Positions 7,609 through 15,793 of a DNA stretch of 15,793 bases are shown here, piece by piece (position 1 is the first letter of the stretch; every line of letters begins with the position of its first letter). The position numbers and the translations under genes are program-made. The DNA comes from Candidatus Hydrogenedentota bacterium (GTDB lineage Bacteria; Hydrogenedentota; Hydrogenedentia; Hydrogenedentales; GCA-2746185). The notes beneath the pieces were generated by a model, which searched no databases, was not told the DNA's origin, and was given only the letters and a program-made list of their open reading frames with translations. The stretch is from contig JAYGCN010000055.1 of the NCBI GenBank assembly GCA_046583315.1, positions 1-15,793 on the forward strand, written 5' to 3'.

Positions 7609-8526
7609 ATGATTCGTCGAAAAATCGAAGTCTTTATGCTCAGCGTCGGATTCCTTTTCGTTACCGGACTCTGTCATGCCGGTATCGACTCGCTGATCGT
7701 TCCCTATACAGCGACCGAAGACGTGGTCTACGGACAAAAAGAGGGGATGGCACTGACCTTTGACGTCTTGCAACCTGAAAAGAACCGAAACGGACTTGGC
7801 ATCATCCTCGTATCAAGCGGCAGTTGGAAATCGGGTAAATCGAATCTTCCGGAAAAAGTTGCTGAACGCCGACGCGACCATTGGGGCATGGGATTACTTC
7901 ATCACGGGTTTACCGTGTTCGTCGTGCGGCACGGAAGCGGACCGCGTTTTCACGTCCCGGAGATGGTTGAGGATATTCGGCGATCGGTGCGCTATATCCG
8001 CCTGAACGCGGCGGAGTATGCGGTCACCCCCGATTTTATCGGCATCACGAGCGGGTCTTCCGGCGGACACCTCGCGTTAATGGTGGGCGCGACGGGTGAT
8101 GATGGTGAAGCGAAATCGGCCGATCCGGTGGAGCGCGTCAGTAGCCGCACGCAGGCGATTGTGTCCTGGTTTCCGCCGACCGACCTCATCAATTGGGGCA
8201 AGCCCGATGGCTACAAGGTGATCGAAAAAGTGCGTCCGGGCATGTTTGAAGAAATGTTCGGCACGGTCACCGACCTGACTGATCAGCTCAAATCGATCTC
8301 CCCCATTTATTTTGTCACGACAGATGATCCCCCGTTGCTTCTCATTCACGGCGACAAGGATCTGACTGTGCCGCTGCAGCAATCCGAAGTGCTTCAAGTG
8401 AAATACGAAGAGGTCGGATTGCCGGTCAAACTCATCGTGCAACCCGGCGGCGGTCATACCTATTGGGACGGTATTGAGAAACAATATGTAGACGTTGCGA
8501 ATTGGTTTAAGCGCTACTTGAAGTAA
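7609..8526 (+). CDS. Secreted alpha/beta hydrolase (esterase; BD-FAE / HSL-like)
   Basis: Nucleophile elbow SGSSGGHLAL, acid 'HGDKDLTVP' and His 'GGGH'. Signal peptide ends in LCHA. ATG 7609 follows AAGGAG. Confidence 0.88.
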   Translation: MIRRKIEVFMLSVGFLFVTGLCHAGIDSLIVPYTATEDVVYGQKEGMALTFDVLQPEKNRNGLGIILVSSGSWKSGKSNLPEKVAERRRDHWGMGLLHHGFTVFVVRHGSGPRFHVPEMVEDIRRSVRYIRLNAAEYAVTPDFIGITSGSSGGHLALMVGATGDDGEAKSADPVERVSSRTQAIVSWFPPTDLINWGKPDGYKVIEKVRPGMFEEMFGTVTDLTDQLKSISPIYFVTTDDPPLLLIHGDKDLTVPLQQSEVLQVKYEEVGLPVKLIVQPGGGHTYWDGIEKQYVDVANWFKRYLK

Positions 8527-8552
8527 CTCTTTAATGAAGTAGGAGACAATCT

Positions 8553-12095
<3,543 letters not shown>

Positions 12096-12103
12096 GAATG
12101 CGC

Positions 12104-13222
12104 TCAGACGCTCGCAAGACCATCGACGATAACGTCATATTGCAGGTCCGAATCGCCACATACGGTTTCCCAGGATTTCGCGCGTCGATAAAACAAGCCG
12201 ATGTTGTGTTCGCGCGAGGTGCCGATACCGCCGTGAATTTGTACAGCGCGTTCGACGATGAATTTGAAATTCTCGTTGATGCATCCCTTCAAGACCGCCG
12301 CTTCCGTACGGACGTCTTCACCATCGTCAATCTGCGAGACGACCTGATGAAGATAACTGTGCGCGGTGTCGTATCCAAGCAACATGTTCGATAGGTAATG
12401 TTGTATTGCCTGGTTGCCGCCGATGGGTTTACCATATTGTTCGCGTTCTTTGGCGTATTCGACGGTCATGTTCAACGCGGTTTTGCTGGCACCAATCATT
12501 TCAGCCGCTTTGGCGACCGACCCTTTGACGCGCATGGATTCCAATAGATCCCATCCGCCGCCAAGTGTGCCCAATACATCGGATTTCGGAACTTGAACGC
12601 CTGAGAATTTCACGACGCACATGTTATCTTTACCGACAGTTGGCAGTTTTTCAATAGCGATTCCCGAAGCATCCACGTCAACCAGAAACAGGGTTACGCC
12701 TTCGGCGGTTCTGGCCGCGACGATGAGCTTGTTCGCAATATTGGCATCCATCGCAAATAGTTTGGTGCCGTTCAATTCATATCCATCACCCGATTCAGTG
12801 GCGGGCATGGCAATTCCGGCCTCGCGGTAGCTTCCCTCTTCTTCGTATTGCGCCAAACTCATGATGAGGGCGCCTCCGGCAATCTGCTCGATGAGCGCCG
12901 TCTTCTGTTCGTCCGAGCCGCCTTCAAGAATCAGTTGGCCACACTGCACCACGGTAGAAAAATACGGGCTGGGCAACAAGGCCTTGCCGATTTCCTCTTG
13001 AATAATGGCAAGATCCATAAAGGTGCCGTCAAATCCGCCCGATTCTTCAGGAAAAGGAAGTCCCAACCAGCCCAATTCGGCCATGTGTTCCCACAATTTC
13101 GGAGAGTAACCAGCGTCGCTGTCTTCCAGGTCACGCAACTGTTCAAAGTCGAATTCGTTGGCGAGAAATTTGGCCGCTGAGTCGCGGAGCATGTCTTGTT
13201 CAGAATTAAAATCGAGATCCAT
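12104..13222 (-). CDS. Acyl-CoA dehydrogenase family protein, non-catalytic partner type (FadE27/ChsE5-like)
   Basis: 'EQDMLRDSAAKFL', 'AELGWLGL.FPE..GG', 'YAKEREQYGKPIG..QAIQH' and 'QIHGGIG'. No Glu at either known catalytic position. Confidence 0.9.
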   Translation of the reverse strand: MDLDFNSEQDMLRDSAAKFLANEFDFEQLRDLEDSDAGYSPKLWEHMAELGWLGLPFPEESGGFDGTFMDLAIIQEEIGKALLPSPYFSTVVQCGQLILEGGSDEQKTALIEQIAGGALIMSLAQYEEEGSYREAGIAMPATESGDGYELNGTKLFAMDANIANKLIVAARTAEGVTLFLVDVDASGIAIEKLPTVGKDNMCVVKFSGVQVPKSDVLGTLGGGWDLLESMRVKGSVAKAAEMIGASKTALNMTVEYAKEREQYGKPIGGNQAIQHYLSNMLLGYDTAHSYLHQVVSQIDDGEDVRTEAAVLKGCINENFKFIVERAVQIHGGIGTSREHNIGLFYRRAKSWETVCGDSDLQYDVIVDGLASV

Positions 13223-13237
13223 TGTGTTCGTTCCTTC

Positions 13238-14440
13238 TTAGTTGAACCGCGGAAGACCGAGGCCAACCCATGCGATGAGATTGCGTTGAATTTCAGAGGT
13301 ACCGGCAGCAATGTTGCCGCCCATGCACCAAGTGTAGGCATCCGCCATGCTGCCGTCGAGCGGCGACCACGGGCAGGATTCGAGTTGACCGTGCAGCCCC
13401 ATGATTTCCGTCGAGAAATAGGAGAGTTGCTGGCGCAATTCACTACCGAAGACCTTTGATTCGGAAGCAAGTGTCGTAGAGACGATCATATTGCCTTTTT
13501 CCTGTTCCCACGCGCAGCGGTAAGCCAGTGCGCGTCCTACTTCCGCATCGATATAGAGCTTGGCGATCTTCTGGCGAACGATAGGGTTCTCAATAATTGG
13601 TTTACCATCGCGATTCGTGTTCTTGCAATAGTCCACGAGACCGGTCAGGGCATGTTTTACGTCCACAAAGTTCCCGACACCCGAGCGCTCAAAGTTCATC
13701 GTGGCACGGGTCTGGGCCCAGCCGCCATTTTCGTCGCCGATGAGGTTGCTTTCGTGGATGCGGACATCGGTGAAGTAGACTTCGTTGTACATGTGGCCGC
13801 CGTTCATGTAGTGAATCGGGCGCACGTCGATGCCGGGTGCTCTCATGTCTTCGACGTTGAATACGGAGAGTCCTTTGCCGCGTTTCTCCGTTGGATCGGT
13901 TCGGGCCAGCAAAAACATACTGTCGGCACGGTGCGCGCCCGTGGTCCATATTTTCTGACCGTTCACAATGTAGTGATCACCATCTTTGATAGCCGAGGTT
14001 TTCAATGAAGCCAGATCGGAACCCGAATTGGGTTCGCTCCATCCCTGGCAGTACGTCACTTCCCCATTCGCGATCGGCGTCAGAATACGTTCCTTTTGCT
14101 CGTCGGTGGCAAACAGCATGACGGCAGGCGCAAACATTTTCATTCCGAAGATGTCGACGCCCGGCGCGTGATAGTAGGCCATGGATTCATTAAACAGAAG
14201 CTGGTTGATGATCGAGGCATCTTGTCCACCAAATTCCTTCGGCCAGGCCATGGTCAACCAGCCCTTCTCGGCAAGTTTCTTTTGCATGCTCTGACAAAAT
14301 TCGAAACATTCATCTGAACTGTAGGTCGCTTCGAGGGTATTCTTTTGATACTCCTCCGGGGCATCCTTCATTTCAGCTTCGAAAAACGTGTCGTATTCTT
14401 CCTTCGCGGCCTGTTGTTCGGCGGTCAAGGTAAAATCCAT
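13238..14440 (-). CDS. Acyl-CoA dehydrogenase family protein, catalytic type (FadE26/ChsE4-like)
   Basis: 'CQGWSEPNSGSDLASL', 'NGQKIWTT', 'NEVYF.DV', 'TMNFERS' (Glu251) and 'IAAGTSEIQRNLIA...LGLPR'. ATG 14440 follows AAGGAG. Confidence 0.92.
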   Translation of the reverse strand: MDFTLTAEQQAAKEEYDTFFEAEMKDAPEEYQKNTLEATYSSDECFEFCQSMQKKLAEKGWLTMAWPKEFGGQDASIINQLLFNESMAYYHAPGVDIFGMKMFAPAVMLFATDEQKERILTPIANGEVTYCQGWSEPNSGSDLASLKTSAIKDGDHYIVNGQKIWTTGAHRADSMFLLARTDPTEKRGKGLSVFNVEDMRAPGIDVRPIHYMNGGHMYNEVYFTDVRIHESNLIGDENGGWAQTRATMNFERSGVGNFVDVKHALTGLVDYCKNTNRDGKPIIENPIVRQKIAKLYIDAEVGRALAYRCAWEQEKGNMIVSTTLASESKVFGSELRQQLSYFSTEIMGLHGQLESCPWSPLDGSMADAYTWCMGGNIAAGTSEIQRNLIAWVGLGLPRFN

Positions 14441-14637
14441 TTCAAACTCCTTTTGTGTGGGTAAGGCAGAGGGTTCCACGCAAACCGCAGCAGTCTCGTG
14501 CGCAGAACTCGGAATAGTGTATCCCATTTACACGGTTTGACTCTATTTTTGTCCGTAGCCAAAAACGATGACGGGAACGAGAGTGCAAGAATTCCCTAAA
14601 TCGGCCTGCGAATAAGCTAATTGGGCTGTATTCCCCC

Positions 14638-15792
14638 TTAGAATTGAAGGGAATAGGCGGGTTTGGGTGATTCACAGACGGGACACTGCCAGGATTCCGG
14701 AAGGGCCTCAAATTGCGTACCTTCGTCGATTCCACCCATCGGATCGCCATAGGCCGCGTCATAATGCGTTCCGCATTGGGTGCAGGCGCAGACCGATTTG
14801 GCCTTTGATGATGAGGCGGATTCTGCAGTTGGCATGGATACCACACCATCGACATTGTATCGCTCAATGAACCCTTTCAGTTCGTCGGTCACCTGTTTGA
14901 CCGAAAGCGAGACGTACTCCCGTTGTATCCGGGCTTCCCGATCGTGCACGTCCCTGGCCATCGCAACATCGTAGAGAGGGCGCATACGGTGAAGCCATGA
15001 AAATCTGCGTTTTGCAGGTGTTACGCGAATCGATGCTTCCCCGCAGTCTTCCGTCGCCAAGAAAGACAGGCTCAACCCTGACGCATGACACCGTTCCTGG
15101 AGCAACGCTTCAAGAATGCTGCGGGCCAAGCCTCGCGCTTCCGCAGTATCGCCAACAATGCAGCGACTGGCGATTTCGGGTGGATACATCGGAATGCGGA
15201 ATCGCCCGATCAGTTGTCTCCATCGTGTTACCTGACTCGAAGGCAGGTTTGGAACCAGCAGCGAGCGATAGTGCGTCAACGCGATCATGCCAATATGATC
15301 GGCCTTTGCAAGCAGACACAACTCGAGTAGGAATTGCGCCGATAGCTTCCCGTCATCGGGATACACACTCAGGCACTTTCCGTCACCTGTCGCCATTGGC
15401 TGAATCCCCATAATGGTATCCGCGTCTGTCAGAGTCGAGGATGGATCGTCCTCGATTTCAATGACATCCTGATCAAATTCTGACGTGATGAGCGCGGTAA
15501 CGTTTTCCGGCGAAAGCCTGCCACGGGCTCCCGTTTCAACATCGAGTGCACAGGCCAATGCGTGCGCAGAAGCCGAAGGGATGGCCCAGGGCAAATATCT
15601 AATCTTGCGATCCATGCCGCGTATGGCAATGCGCCAGTACCAGGGGACGCTGCTTGCAATAAACATGAGATCGCCAGCATGCGATGGCAAATACGATTGC
15701 GCCGTGTCCGAGATGCCTACAGAATAATGAAGTGCTTTCGGGAATCCATCGAGCATTTCCTGAAACGCGCCGAGCGACAGCCAGTCGTATCC
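14638..15792 (-). CDS. 5'-truncated large protein with a C-terminal rubredoxin domain
   Basis: The frame is open to the window end (…GYDWLSLGAFQEMLDG…). The C-terminal 'CTQCGTHYDAAYGDPMGGIDEGTQFEALPESWQCPVCESPK' is a canonical rubredoxin (about 14650-14790), joined by an S/A-rich linker. Confidence 0.85.
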   Translation of the reverse strand, partial: GYDWLSLGAFQEMLDGFPKALHYSVGISDTAQSYLPSHAGDLMFIASSVPWYWRIAIRGMDRKIRYLPWAIPSASAHALACALDVETGARGRLSPENVTALITSEFDQDVIEIEDDPSSTLTDADTIMGIQPMATGDGKCLSVYPDDGKLSAQFLLELCLLAKADHIGMIALTHYRSLLVPNLPSSQVTRWRQLIGRFRIPMYPPEIASRCIVGDTAEARGLARSILEALLQERCHASGLSLSFLATEDCGEASIRVTPAKRRFSWLHRMRPLYDVAMARDVHDREARIQREYVSLSVKQVTDELKGFIERYNVDGVVSMPTAESASSSKAKSVCACTQCGTHYDAAYGDPMGGIDEGTQFEALPESWQCPVCESPKPAYSLQF

Positions 15793-15793
15793 C

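Noticed and set aside
14629..14655. TATTCCC/GGGAATA inverted repeat at the end of the rubredoxin-fusion gene
   Set aside because: It is a short 7-bp stem with a long loop spanning the stop codon and no U-tract.

Overview
A gene-dense bacterial chromosomal segment with 16 protein-coding loci. The first and last are cut by the window edges. I found no rRNA, tRNA, CRISPR array, IS element, integrase or tandem repeat. The region is dominated by lipid and acyl-CoA catabolism. It holds a membrane fatty-acid desaturase, two secreted serine hydrolases, an Ltp2/SCP2-type thiolase-fold gene paired with a DUF35 Zn-ribbon/OB-fold gene, and an orphan acyl-CoA carboxyltransferase. A minus-strand operon carries a heteromeric-type acyl-CoA dehydrogenase pair, an amidohydrolase and a PA1024-like flavin oxidoreductase. 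Also present are an ABM-family protein, a SAM-methyltransferase plus GT2 cassette, and a PiT-family transporter split by one extra A in an A8 run. The right edge holds the 3' part of a large uncharacterised protein with a C-terminal rubredoxin. The best leads are: (1) a thiolase-fold enzyme lacking the nucleophilic Cys and carrying a hybrid YDCF/EAH active site; (2) the homopolymer frameshift in the PiT gene; (3) the rubredoxin-fusion protein; (4) the ACAD-pair operon, which together with lead 1 suggests a steroid-like or branched-lipid catabolic pathway. No wholly new system can be proven from the sequence alone. Family assignments come from motif recognition and memory, not from database searches.
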